From Candidatus Binatia bacterium (GTDB lineage: Bacteria; Desulfobacterota; Binatia; Bin18), in NCBI GenBank assembly GCA_963666315.2, contig CAXXHG010000024.1, positions 86,598 to 150,597 on the forward strand: a stretch of 64,000 bases of DNA, given 5' to 3'. The first letter of the stretch is position 1, and every line of letters starts with the position of its first letter. The notes beneath the pieces are model-generated. The model did no database searches and was not told the origin of the DNA. It saw only the letters and a program-made list of their open reading frames with translations. Shown piece by piece: positions 1-9,298 of this stretch. The position numbers were made by a program, and so were the translations under genes.

Positions 1-554
1 GCCCAGGACAGTTCGGCGACGCCGTCGTACTTGGGCGTTTCGGCTCCATATGTCTCCGGTGCCACGTGGCATTGGACGTAGCGCTGCAGTCCAGGAGTTT
101 TGGGAACTATGGGTGCATGTTTATTATGCCAATAATCCTGGAACTCGGCGACACTCAGGCCTGGTTTACGCTTGATCAGGAAAAGTGCTTTCACCCCGGG
201 TGTGTCTTTGGCAAGCTCAGGTCCAGGTACGACCACATTCTCGCGCGTCATTAAAAACGACGGGCCTTCGTCAGAAATAAAATTCGGCTCATCCGCGTAC
301 GCGCCGTTAATGTAATCAGGATTGTCTCCCAGCCCCTGGCCCGTCTGCACATCTTCAAACCAAATTTCAGCCAAGCCTTCGTACGGACTGGTCGTAAAAC
401 CCGGAATATCTTGCGGAATCCGATGGCTCTGGACGTAGCGCTTGAGAGCCTTGATGCGCAGCGCCAACGGTGCGTGCACCTCACGCCAGTGACGGTGGAA
501 TTGTTCGAGGCTGATGTCCGGCTTTTTGGGAATGAGGGCATATCCTTTAATCAT
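1..554 (-). CDS. EthD-family protein with tandem EthD domains, running off the window edge
   Basis: Not in the ORF track. Manual translation from ATG 554 gives MIKGYALIPKKPDISLEQFHRHWREVHAPL...RYVQSH...YEGLAEIWF, then a second unit KRKPGLSVAEFQDYWHNKHAP...RYVQCH...YDGVAELSW. RBS AAGGAGG upstream. Confidence 0.85.
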   Translation of the reverse strand, partial: MIKGYALIPKKPDISLEQFHRHWREVHAPLALRIKALKRYVQSHRIPQDIPGFTTSPYEGLAEIWFEDVQTGQGLGDNPDYINGAYADEPNFISDEGPSFLMTRENVVVPGPELAKDTPGVKALFLIKRKPGLSVAEFQDYWHNKHAPIVPKTPGLQRYVQCHVAPETYGAETPKYDGVAELSW

Positions 555-684
555 TGTTCTTCCTCCTTACGAAGCGAAACCTTAGGGCAGGCTGAGTTTT
601 TCATGCGGGGCGGGGGATTGCAAGCAATTCACTCAAACAAAGCCTCAAACAAAGCCTCAAACCACGGCAACACTAGCTCTTCGT

Positions 685-1791
685 TTATCGAGTATGTATA
701 CCGTGACCCCAATCGGCTAACTTTTTATAGGTGACTTCGGCAAACCCGTTCCCGATGAGGGTGGCGTTCGCCATGCGGGCGGTCATGAACGGAAAGATGA
801 AATCCTGCGCGCCGTGGATAATCAGAATAGGCAGAGCTCTGGCCTTTTTGACATCAAACCAGGGTGGCAGCACGCCTGCGATAGGGGCAACACCACCAAA
901 TAGGTTCGGCCGGCTTGAGCCTAGGGTGTAGGCGAAGGTTCCGCCGTCAGACAAGCCGGTAACGAGAATCCGATCCGGGTCTATGGCGTACTCTGCGCGG
1001 ATGCGATTGAGCATGGCTACTATTGAGAGCACATCTGAGAGCACATCGGGATCTGGGTTTTCGATCGCCCAGGTGCGACCCAACGACTTCGGGGCAAGCA
1101 CGATATAGCCTTTACTCTTCGCCTGCCGCAGCCACGTCAACAGATATTCATCATCCATCCCACTCCCGCCGTGCAGGGCTATAATCAGCCGCCAGTGCCG
1201 GTCTGGATCATAGTTCTCCGGCACATACAGGGAATACGCGCCGTGGTTACTGGATCGTGGCTGGTGCATGAAACCGACTTTTCTCTTCTGATTGGCAGCT
1301 CTTTTTTCGAGAGCTGCGAGGCGGGCGACTGCCTCCGGCAGCACCCAATACTGCTGCAGGGTCGGTGTGTATTGACGAATGGCGTACAAGCGGTAGCGGG
1401 CGCGGGGAAACGCAGCCCGACTTTGCAAAAATGCGCCAATAAGACTGGACCGATCACTCCGCACGAAGATGCCATACGTCGTATCCAGCAGACCTATAGC
1501 TGCACGCCAGGTTTGGTCGAAATCCTCCAGTTCCGGCAGAGACGTCAGCTCATTCAGGTCCGCTCGAATTTGGACAAATTGATTGCCGACGGTTTTTGAG
1601 AGAACGGATTGGAGTTGGACGAATTTTGCGGGGTGTAGTTGTTCCTGAAGGGCTTCGAATGTTCTCAGGAATTCAAGCACCGGCTTCTCTTGACCGGCAA
1701 TCACTGAGCGGTATGTGTCGCTCGCATAGGTGGGGGTGGCGAGCAGGGCAAGTATGGTTAATGTGGTTAGTACGGCTATGGGGAAGCGCAA
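685..1791 (-). CDS. Exported alpha/beta-hydrolase (PHB-depolymerase/phospholipase-carboxylesterase-like); C-terminus probably frameshifted, natural stop likely at 629
   Basis: Signal peptide, LHGG oxyanion motif, GLSDG nucleophile, HGAQD and WGH motifs. The alternative frame continues YTYSINEELVLPWFE after the catalytic His. Confidence 0.8.
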   Translation of the reverse strand: MRFPIAVLTTLTILALLATPTYASDTYRSVIAGQEKPVLEFLRTFEALQEQLHPAKFVQLQSVLSKTVGNQFVQIRADLNELTSLPELEDFDQTWRAAIGLLDTTYGIFVRSDRSSLIGAFLQSRAAFPRARYRLYAIRQYTPTLQQYWVLPEAVARLAALEKRAANQKRKVGFMHQPRSSNHGAYSLYVPENYDPDRHWRLIIALHGGSGMDDEYLLTWLRQAKSKGYIVLAPKSLGRTWAIENPDPDVLSDVLSIVAMLNRIRAEYAIDPDRILVTGLSDGGTFAYTLGSSRPNLFGGVAPIAGVLPPWFDVKKARALPILIIHGAQDFIFPFMTARMANATLIGNGFAEVTYKKLADWGHGIHTR

Positions 1792-1913
1792 CCAGTGTAG
1801 CTGGTGTGACAGTGTGCTGAGCCTGGAGCATGGTCCTCGCTTATATCAGAGATTCGACCAAAGATGAGACGGGACTGGCTACGCCTGACTGATCCTTCTT
1901 CCCAGGCAGCTTC

Positions 1914-2562
1914 TTACGACCCCGACGCGGCAACCTGCCACTCTTTGAGTTTGAGAACAACGCGGTCTTTAAGGGTTGGATGGATGCTGAAGCTGCCTTC
2001 AACATGTGGAAACGTTTCATTCCGCATAACCACACCTACGCCGGGTGCATAATGCGTAACGATGGTGACCGTCTCGCTGGTATTTTTATACGTGATTTCG
2101 ACACAGTGTTGAAATGTTCCGGCAGGAACTATGAGCTTTTTATCTATAGCCGTTACCCCAAAATGTCCCTCTTTATTCCGCCAGGTTGCTCCAGCCGGTG
2201 AGGGCGATTTGAGGATAAATGGGAACTTGGGGATGGTGTTGTCTAGGAGGTCGGGTTCGTACATGGAACGCCGGATCCCGCTCGGGGTCGGGACAAAGAA
2301 CAACTCAAAGCCGTTTCCCCCCAGGGAGCCTGGTATCACGCGTACGACCAACGCGTCCTCCTCCTCTCGGAGTACTTCCCAGGATTCATCCGTGACTCTA
2401 TCATCCGGATATTCAGTGGACTCGTAGACCCAGCGATTGCCGACAGTAAGTGGAAAATATTGAGCTGCCCGAGTCTTCCATTCCCGACGCAGGGCTAGCG
2501 ATGAGCACGCCGCCGAGTGCAATCAGGGCCAAAGAAAAACTGAGACAAGACCTACGTTTCAT
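1914..2562 (-). pseudogene. Exported hypothetical protein (YFPLxxGNxWxY / VPAGTF type), frameshifted after the signal peptide
   Basis: ATG 2562 with GGAGGG RBS encodes the signal peptide MKRRSCLSFSLALIALGGVLIASPA. The mature domain (AQYFPLTVGNRWVYE...VPAGTF...YAPGVGVV) is in another frame. The shift lies near 2468-2472. Confidence 0.65.
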
Positions 2563-2684
2563 AATGGAATCCCTCCGGACGGAATAATTCTCTTTGATAG
2601 ATGCTCGTCCCAGGAAAAGCGTTACCCAAAAAGGAGGACGGTATGTGATCGTTCGTGAATGTCGGTGAAACTGCGTGAACCGCT

Positions 2685-2707
2685 GGGCGAGGTACCCTCG
2701 CCCCTAC
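2685..2707 (-). repeat. GTAG-family REP-like palindrome
   Basis: Minus strand reads GTAG-GGGCGAGG-GTA-CCTCGCCC; intergenic. Confidence 0.6.
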
Positions 2708-2851
2708 AAGGTGAAGATGCCAAGATGCGAACATGCATGCCGAGATTGCCAAGATTATATACATCCGCGCTGCCGTTAATGGGCCGCTTTTTTCTTCTTC
2801 TTGCTTTTGCGTTTGGCCGGCGTGAGTAGCGAGACATAACTGATACCGTCT

Positions 2852-3220
2852 CTATTGTCCGCAGTCGTCGGCAGATTGGCCGCCTTCCAGCCAGGCATTG
2901 CCGGCTTCCATAATACTGACGTTGGTATAGCCTGCAGCAGTCAGCTTCTCCGCGGCTTGTTTCGCCCGCGGACCCTTTTCGCAACCGACGATCAGTGCGG
3001 TCTCTTTGGGACAGACGTCGTCCATAACCAGGTCAAAACTCTCATTCCGAAAGACTTCGTCCGTTGTAGGATGAAAGAACACAATGGGGACGTTGATCGT
3101 TTTGCCTTTTGGGTGGCCCTGGACGAATTCGGCCACGGTGCGCACATCGACATAGGTCACCGCAGAGTCATTATTCAGGCGCTCAAACGCTTCTTGTGGG
3201 GTGAGGGTCGCGAGACTCAT
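2852..3220 (-). CDS. Rhodanese-like domain protein
   Basis: YVDVRTVAEFVQGHP and IVGCEKGPRA motifs with active-site Cys. Confidence 0.9.
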   Translation of the reverse strand: MSLATLTPQEAFERLNNDSAVTYVDVRTVAEFVQGHPKGKTINVPIVFFHPTTDEVFRNESFDLVMDDVCPKETALIVGCEKGPRAKQAAEKLTAAGYTNVSIMEAGNAWLEGGQSADDCGQ

Positions 3221-3231
3221 GCGACAGCTCC

Positions 3232-3498
3232 TTACGCGGTTGGAAATTCCGGTGGGTCAAACTCACGGACAAATGGAGGAATAATGCGGCACCGTTCTCG
3301 TCCGTCTTTCGGTGCTGTGCCGGTCAGCGTGTACTCAATCCCAGCGTCTATTTCTCCACTACTCTCGCCGATACTGACTTCTTCTAGGTGATGATGCACG
3401 ATTTTCCCGTTGGGCGACAGCGCAAAGATACACTCCAAGACCTTCCGGGCCGGCAGGCGGCCGTATTCAGAGTGGACCAGAGTTTCACGTTTTTTCAT
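3232..3498 (-). CDS. Hypothetical protein, co-oriented with the rhodanese gene
   Basis: 88-aa ORF ending 11 bp before the rhodanese start; divergent from the AOR operon. Confidence 0.6.
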   Translation of the reverse strand: MKKRETLVHSEYGRLPARKVLECIFALSPNGKIVHHHLEEVSIGESSGEIDAGIEYTLTGTAPKDGRERCRIIPPFVREFDPPEFPTA

Positions 3499-3626
3499 GC
3501 CTGTTCCCATCCCCGGCCAGGGTACACACCGGCGCGCAATGATCCCATGTACTTACGGGGTTTTGTCTTGACAGGCAAACGACATCAGGCATAGCATCGC
3601 AAGCAACGAGGAGGGACCGCATTACT

Positions 3627-4277
3627 ATGCCTGATGTCAGACAGAAAGAACTCGTGAATGGGGAGGTCTGGTACCAGCCCGGAGACGAGGTGCCGAATGT
3701 TCCGACCAAGCTCTTCGCACTCCAAAATCTGTGCACCGATTGCAAGATGTGCGAGATCGCATGTTCTCTGATCCACTCACCCGATGGCATGCTGAACCCG
3801 GTCTGGACACGTATTAAAATCGACCACGCGCCCCAGGTCTCTCGGGTGTCAAAAGACGGCTTCGGATTCATGCCCGCGCTATGTCATCACTGCGCTAATC
3901 CGCCTCCGTGCGCCGAAGTCTGTCCGACGGATGCGTTCTATTATGATCCGAAAACACAAGCCGCAGTGATAGACCAGGATAAATGCATTCAGTGTATGGA
4001 ATGCGTCCCCGGCTGTCCGTTTGACACCGTCTTTGTTGCTCCGACCGGTGAGCTGCTCAAGTGTGATCTATGCGGCGGCGACCCGGTTTGTGTGAAAGCC
4101 TGCTCCACCCGGCCTGAGATGTTAAATAAGGGTAAACAGTATTCTCGACTGCCCGTTCTCTTTTATGAAGATAAGGCCGCGTTCGGAAAAATCTTACGCC
4201 AGAAGCCGGAAGCGCGGGACGAAGTCGGCCTCATGCAGGCGATGTTATCAAAAGGAAAAGTGAGCTCAGCGGCGTAG
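3627..4277 (+). CDS. 4Fe-4S dicluster (DmsB/HybA-like) electron-transfer subunit
   Basis: CTDCKMCEIAC, CHHC...CAEVCP, CIQCMECVPGCP and KCDLC...CVKAC motifs; GGAGG RBS. Confidence 0.92.
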   Translation: MPDVRQKELVNGEVWYQPGDEVPNVPTKLFALQNLCTDCKMCEIACSLIHSPDGMLNPVWTRIKIDHAPQVSRVSKDGFGFMPALCHHCANPPPCAEVCPTDAFYYDPKTQAAVIDQDKCIQCMECVPGCPFDTVFVAPTGELLKCDLCGGDPVCVKACSTRPEMLNKGKQYSRLPVLFYEDKAAFGKILRQKPEARDEVGLMQAMLSKGKVSSAA

Positions 4278-4354
4278 CAACGTGGGCGCCTGTGGAGTGG
4301 ATTACCGAAGACGTCTGTGGAGCGGAACACAGGGAAGACAAAGGAGCCGCCATC

Positions 4355-6382
4355 ATGGAAAGTGGATTATTACGGGTAGATCTATCAACGGGAGAAATTA
4401 AACGCGAAATACTTCCGCATTCCATGTTCGAACGCTGGGTGGGCGGCTCAGGCATTAATGATTGGCTGTTGTGGGAGCATTTCCTCAAGCATGACATCAC
4501 GTGCGATGCGCGTAGTCCGGACAACGTGCTCATCTTCGGTGTGGGTCCCCTGGCTGGTGTGGGCTCAGGAATCGGAGTCAAAGGTCGGCTGACGTTTAAA
4601 AGCCCGTGTTACGGGTCTTTTGGCGACTCGACCGGGGGTGGCAAATTTCCGTATATAGTCCGCTTTAGCGGCTATGACTATATCGTTGTGACCGGCAAGG
4701 CGCCCCGACCCGTGTATATTCATATTTGCAATTCAGAAGTGACTATCTGTGACGCGACGCATCTGTGGGGCAAGGACAGCACCCAAACGCATGAAGCCCT
4801 GAAAAAAGAATTAGGCGATTATCCGTCAGAAGCGTATACGCTCTCGATAGGCCAGGCGGGTGAAAATCAGGTTGGTATCGCCGGGGTGATCTCTGACGGC
4901 TGGCGCATTCATGCCCGCTGCGGCGGCGGCGCTGTCATGGGTTCAAAGAACCTCAAAGCCATTGTTACCCAAGGTACGCAGGGCATTAAGATTGATAACC
5001 CAGCGGGTCTGCTCGAATGGTCGGATGACTTTCGCCAGAAGCTCGACGCGAACGAAGCCGCTTACGGCTTTAAGCGCCGCGGCACGCTGGGTGCAGTCGA
5101 GATGTACCAAAAGATCGGCGGCAATTTCTGGCGCAATAACCAAGGGGCGATGTTTCGTGGTGACGAAGTGAACTCCGACAACTGGGTTAAAAAATATCAT
5201 AAATACTCGGAGGTGTGTTCGTCCGACTGCTATATCGCCTGTGACGGGCGCTATAAGATCGAAGGCCATGAATCAGACAAGGCCCAAAAGTATATTGGCG
5301 AGTCTTTTCGCCATCCGGAATATCTGACGACGGGCAGTAGCGCTGGTGCCTTGGATGTCCGCGACTGGGCAGAGGTCGCCCATTGGGGCAAGATTACCAA
5401 CGAATACGGCATCGATAATCAGGATTTAAGCTGCTCGATTAGTTTCCTCATGGAGCTCAAACAGCGTGATATTATTTCTGATCGCGATGTGGAAGAGCTG
5501 TTCGGTAAACCCCAGAGTTTGGAATGGGGCAACATGGAAGACATCGAAGCCCTGGTTGAAGATGTGGTCTATCAGAAAAATCCTTTTGGCTGGTTGTTCC
5601 GGGATGGGGCCTATCATGGCGCCCTGCGCTATTCGGAACAAAAGGGCCAGAATTTTATGAAGTATGCCATGTATGGCAAGGGCGGTGCGAGTTTTACCGA
5701 AGAGATGCGGGCTTTCCCGACCTGGATGAACAATATGGCCGTGGCTTCGCGTGGTGCCGACCACCTGAAGGGCATCGGCCTTATCGAGAAATTTCAACGC
5801 AGAGATTTGTCCAAGGCCTACTTCAACGGCCGGACGGAAGCTGCCGATCCGACGATACCGGATCTCAAAGGAGCCAGTTCGGCTGTCCTGGAAAATCAGG
5901 TAGCGCTGCTTAATTCCTACGGAGTATGCCTGTTCCACTGGCTGCTCGATCCGCTCAGTTATGCGCCGGAGAGCTATTACGGTGAGGTGTATGCGGCAGT
6001 GACCGGCATTGATCGGACCAAGGAAGAACGCATGCTGGACGGCGAGCGCATTTGCAATCTCGAAAAGGCATTTAACTCGCGCATAGGGATGCGGCGTGAG
6101 CACGATACGATCTGCGAGCGCTGGATGCATGAACCATGTCCCGAAGGACCGTACAAAGGCCGTGTAGCTGGCGACATGTTTGAGCAAGTCCTGGACGAAT
6201 ATTATGAGTGGCGTGGCTGGGACAAGGACACTGGTCTGCAAACGCGTAAAAAAATGGAAGAGCTAGGCCTGGAAGATGTTGCCGACGTGCTGGCAGCCGA
6301 CAATGCCATGGCAGGCGAAAGCCGCAGCAGTCGAGCGGTGCACGTCAAGGTCAACGTCTCTGATGTCGGTATTCCAGATTGA
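4355..6382 (+). CDS. Aldehyde:ferredoxin oxidoreductase (AOR/WOR) family protein
   Basis: LRVDLSTGEI, SIGQAGEN, RCGGGAVMGSKNLKAI, SRGADH and EYYEWRGWD..TG motifs; AAGGAG RBS. Confidence 0.93.
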   Translation: MESGLLRVDLSTGEIKREILPHSMFERWVGGSGINDWLLWEHFLKHDITCDARSPDNVLIFGVGPLAGVGSGIGVKGRLTFKSPCYGSFGDSTGGGKFPYIVRFSGYDYIVVTGKAPRPVYIHICNSEVTICDATHLWGKDSTQTHEALKKELGDYPSEAYTLSIGQAGENQVGIAGVISDGWRIHARCGGGAVMGSKNLKAIVTQGTQGIKIDNPAGLLEWSDDFRQKLDANEAAYGFKRRGTLGAVEMYQKIGGNFWRNNQGAMFRGDEVNSDNWVKKYHKYSEVCSSDCYIACDGRYKIEGHESDKAQKYIGESFRHPEYLTTGSSAGALDVRDWAEVAHWGKITNEYGIDNQDLSCSISFLMELKQRDIISDRDVEELFGKPQSLEWGNMEDIEALVEDVVYQKNPFGWLFRDGAYHGALRYSEQKGQNFMKYAMYGKGGASFTEEMRAFPTWMNNMAVASRGADHLKGIGLIEKFQRRDLSKAYFNGRTEAADPTIPDLKGASSAVLENQVALLNSYGVCLFHWLLDPLSYAPESYYGEVYAAVTGIDRTKEERMLDGERICNLEKAFNSRIGMRREHDTICERWMHEPCPEGPYKGRVAGDMFEQVLDEYYEWRGWDKDTGLQTRKKMEELGLEDVADVLAADNAMAGESRSSRAVHVKVNVSDVGIPD

Positions 6383-6416
6383 TGTCGGTATTCCAGATTA
6401 AGGAAAGGACACCAAC

Positions 6417-6698
6417 GTGATTACAGTCCAAGCTGAGTATATGGCTCGTTTTAAAGAGATTACGCAGGTCACGCGCGAGACCATCCAACTGGAGCAGCCC
6501 AGCATGGCGGAGCTGGCGCAGATCCTGACGACCAAATATGGTTCGGTGATGGAGGCGTTGCTGATTGATCCGAATACGAAAGACCTGAACACCAATGGCA
6601 CTCTGTTTATGGATTCAACCGGACGCCGCTTGTTTATTGAGGATAGCTTGGCAGATGGTGAAACCGTCTCCTTCATGGTTGGTATAGCCGGGGGCTAG
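6417..6698 (+). CDS. MoaD/ThiS family sulfur carrier
   Basis: 93 aa, beta-grasp-like, ends IAGG; directly follows the AOR gene. Confidence 0.88.
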   Translation: MITVQAEYMARFKEITQVTRETIQLEQPSMAELAQILTTKYGSVMEALLIDPNTKDLNTNGTLFMDSTGRRLFIEDSLADGETVSFMVGIAGG

Positions 6699-6737
6699 AC
6701 GACTCCTCAGGAGGGGCACCCGTCTGGTTTCGGGTGT

Positions 6738-6765
6738 GTAGGGGCGCAGCTTGCTGCGCCCCTAC
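6738..6765. repeat. GTAG-family REP-like perfect palindrome
   Basis: GTAGGGGCGCAGC-TT-GCTGCGCCCCTAC, 13-bp arms. Confidence 0.7.
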
Positions 6766-6798
6766 GTTGTTGTGCCGTATGAAAAAAGTGTAACGAAT

Positions 6799-8217
6799 AT
6801 GTCCGAACCCATCCCCGAAATAGACTGCGACGTTGTGGTCATAGGCGGTGGTATTGCCGGTCTCTCGACTGCTGTCAGCGCACTGAACGAAGGTGCTGAG
6901 GTCATCTTGCTCGAAAAGGCCCCCAAGCTCCAACGCGGTGGCAATTCGGCCATTGCTGACGCCCAAATTCGGTATCCGCATGAACCCGACGGATACTGCC
7001 CGACTCGACAAACCAAAGAAGACTTTTTTAACGCCTTTATGCGGATGTCGCGCGGTCGGGCGAATAAAGAACTCATTCAGGTTGTTGTCGATAACGCGGC
7101 TGACGCGGTCGATTGGCTGACCGAGATGGGCATCGAATGGGAGAAGGGCTATCCCAATGTTGCGGGCTATCGCCGTCAACCGGTTGGCGGTGGCTGGCAG
7201 TTGGTGGATACGCTGTACAAGCATATTGAGCGGGCTGGGGTGCATATTGCCTACGAGACCGCTGCTGAGAAGCTCTTGACGGATCGTAGCGGGCGCGTAG
7301 TCGGGGTACGTGTGCTTGAACCCGATGGGTACACGGACATCAAATCCCGAGGCGGCGTTGTCATTGCCTGCGGTGGCTTCGAAGCCAACGTGGAAATGCG
7401 CGTACGGTATCTAGGCCGTCATATGGATGGACTCATTCTTCGCGGCAGTCGTTATAACACAGGGGATGGTCTGCGGATGGCCTTAGAAATTGGGGCCATG
7501 CCTGCAGGCCAATGGGGAGATTTTCATTCAGCTGTGATTGATGCCCGCTCCACGCCGTTCGAATGTGGTGTGACTGCAATCTATATCTTTCAGCTGGGCT
7601 TATTCCTTGATGAAGACGGCGAGCGCTTTATGAACGAAGGCGAAGACTTTCGTGATCAAACCTATGTCAAATTCAGTAAGACGATCATGGCCCATAAGAG
7701 CGGCGTCGCGTTTAATGTGTTTGACAATAAGCCACGCGCCGAAGATCCAGAAGCATGGAAGCGGGCGATTCGAACAAAAGAGGACGCGTTTGAAGCCCCG
7801 AGCATTCGTGAGTTAGCCGCGTGTATCGAAGTCCCAGCTGACCGCATGGAACGAACGATAGAAGAGTATAACGCTGCCTGCCAAACCGGGACATTTGATC
7901 CGCTCAAACTCGACGGCCTGGCCACGCAAGGACTCGCCGTCGACAAAACCAACTGGGCCCGTCCGCTCGACAGCCCACCGTATCTTGCCTATCCCGTGAC
8001 CGGCGGAATCACCTTTACCTTCGGCGGTCTCAAGTCCGATTCGAAAGCCGAGGTCATCCACTCCACAGGCCGTATTATTCCCGGTCTGTATGTCGCTGGT
8101 GAACCTATGGGCGAGCTGTATTACTACAACTACATGGGCGCGACGTCTGTTTTACGAGGCGTGGTATTTGGGCGGATAGCGGGCAGAGAGGCGGCCAAGC
8201 CGAGTCGGGAAGAGTGA
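6799..8217 (+). CDS. FAD-dependent oxidoreductase, TcuA (tricarballylate dehydrogenase)/flavocytochrome c flavin-subunit family
   Basis: VIGGGIAG FAD motif, RGGNS, ACGGFEAN, NTGDGLRMALEIGA, GITFTFGGL and GLYVAGE. Confidence 0.88.
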   Translation: MSEPIPEIDCDVVVIGGGIAGLSTAVSALNEGAEVILLEKAPKLQRGGNSAIADAQIRYPHEPDGYCPTRQTKEDFFNAFMRMSRGRANKELIQVVVDNAADAVDWLTEMGIEWEKGYPNVAGYRRQPVGGGWQLVDTLYKHIERAGVHIAYETAAEKLLTDRSGRVVGVRVLEPDGYTDIKSRGGVVIACGGFEANVEMRVRYLGRHMDGLILRGSRYNTGDGLRMALEIGAMPAGQWGDFHSAVIDARSTPFECGVTAIYIFQLGLFLDEDGERFMNEGEDFRDQTYVKFSKTIMAHKSGVAFNVFDNKPRAEDPEAWKRAIRTKEDAFEAPSIRELAACIEVPADRMERTIEEYNAACQTGTFDPLKLDGLATQGLAVDKTNWARPLDSPPYLAYPVTGGITFTFGGLKSDSKAEVIHSTGRIIPGLYVAGEPMGELYYYNYMGATSVLRGVVFGRIAGREAAKPSREE

Positions 8218-8468
8218 AGTTGGTTACTCACATCTATCCGGAGAACCCCGTAAAAAATAAGTGGAAATACGAAATTATTCTTTGCTGGAGTGACGAGGAC
8301 CAAGCCTATATTGCTGAGGTGCCAGAGTTGCCAGGCTGCATAGCAGATGGACTGACTTATCAAAGAGCTCTCGCTAACGTTGAAGTAATTATCCACGAAT
8401 GGATCGAAACGGCTAAAGAATTGAATCGGTCAGTCCCGGAACCAAAGGGTCGGCTCATGTACGCCTAG
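8214..8468 (+). CDS. hicB: HicB-like antitoxin (short form), no adjacent hicA seen
   Basis: YEIILCWSDEDQAYIAEVPELPGCIADG...WIETAKELNRSVPEPKGRL. Start codon uncertain. Confidence 0.8.
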   Translation: MKLVTHIYPENPVKNKWKYEIILCWSDEDQAYIAEVPELPGCIADGLTYQRALANVEVIIHEWIETAKELNRSVPEPKGRLMYA

Positions 8469-8501
8469 CATCGTCAGAAAATCGTGCGGTCCTGCTAACC
8501 C

Positions 8502-8954
8502 TCACTCATAATCCGCCCCAGGATTAAACCCGGCGTCTTTGGCTAACACGCCTTTACCTGGAACGTGATTCACCTCGATCCGGCTGCCGTCCGGGTCTTC
8601 AAACAAGACAGAGTAATATCCCGGTGCCCAAGGGCCTTCTTCGGGTGGGGTGATGATTTTTGCACCCATCTCTTGGAGCAGGCTGTAGATCTGGTCGACA
8701 TCTGCTGTGGAACGTGCGCGAAAACAGAAATGGTGTAGACCGACGCGAGTCTGGATAAAGCGCTCGTCTTGATGCTCAGGGGCGCAGCGCCGTATGCCAA
8801 CGGCCGTCCGGGCGCCTACGTGGTAGCACATGTCTTTACCGTCAAAGACCAGCTTTAAGCCCAGAAACGGCAAGAGCTTCTTATAGAACTTCTGGCATTC
8901 TTCGAACTGACTGACGGTCAGAATAATATGCGCAATGCCGTTCACTTCGACCAT
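8502..8954 (-). CDS. VOC/glyoxalase family protein
   Basis: GIAHIILTV, GLHHFCFRA and YYSVLFEDPDGSRIEV motifs. Confidence 0.9.
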   Translation of the reverse strand: MVEVNGIAHIILTVSQFEECQKFYKKLLPFLGLKLVFDGKDMCYHVGARTAVGIRRCAPEHQDERFIQTRVGLHHFCFRARSTADVDQIYSLLQEMGAKIITPPEEGPWAPGYYSVLFEDPDGSRIEVNHVPGKGVLAKDAGFNPGADYE

Positions 8955-9142
8955 GCTGATTTCTCCTCTAATCTCGTTAGGGCTCGCTGGAATTCTTGCG
9001 TCGTGACCTGAAAGCGTTGGAACAAGCGTCTTGCGTCAATCAGGTCATGCGACTGGCGCAGTAAGTGTTGGGCCAACCGTTCGGCAGGGTCATCATCCTG
9101 CGTGCCCGAGGCTGATACAGGCTGGTCAGGGTCTGACATCAA
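8942..9142 (-). CDS. Small hypothetical protein
   Basis: AGGAG RBS upstream; overlaps the VOC gene start; helical sequence. Confidence 0.5.
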   Translation of the reverse strand: MMSDPDQPVSASGTQDDDPAERLAQHLLRQSHDLIDARRLFQRFQVTTQEFQRALTRLEEKSAWSK

Positions 9143-9298
9143 TGTTTCTCCTTCTTTTATTTTTTCTTGTCATAGGATGTACTTATATCATCAGAATCGG
9201 AAGTCCCCTGCGCTGCTTACAGCTGCAAAAGGTTGATTTTTGAAGTTTTGCGGGCCTAGTCGTCCGCCAATGTGGCGCCTGCGTTAGTCTGTGGAATC

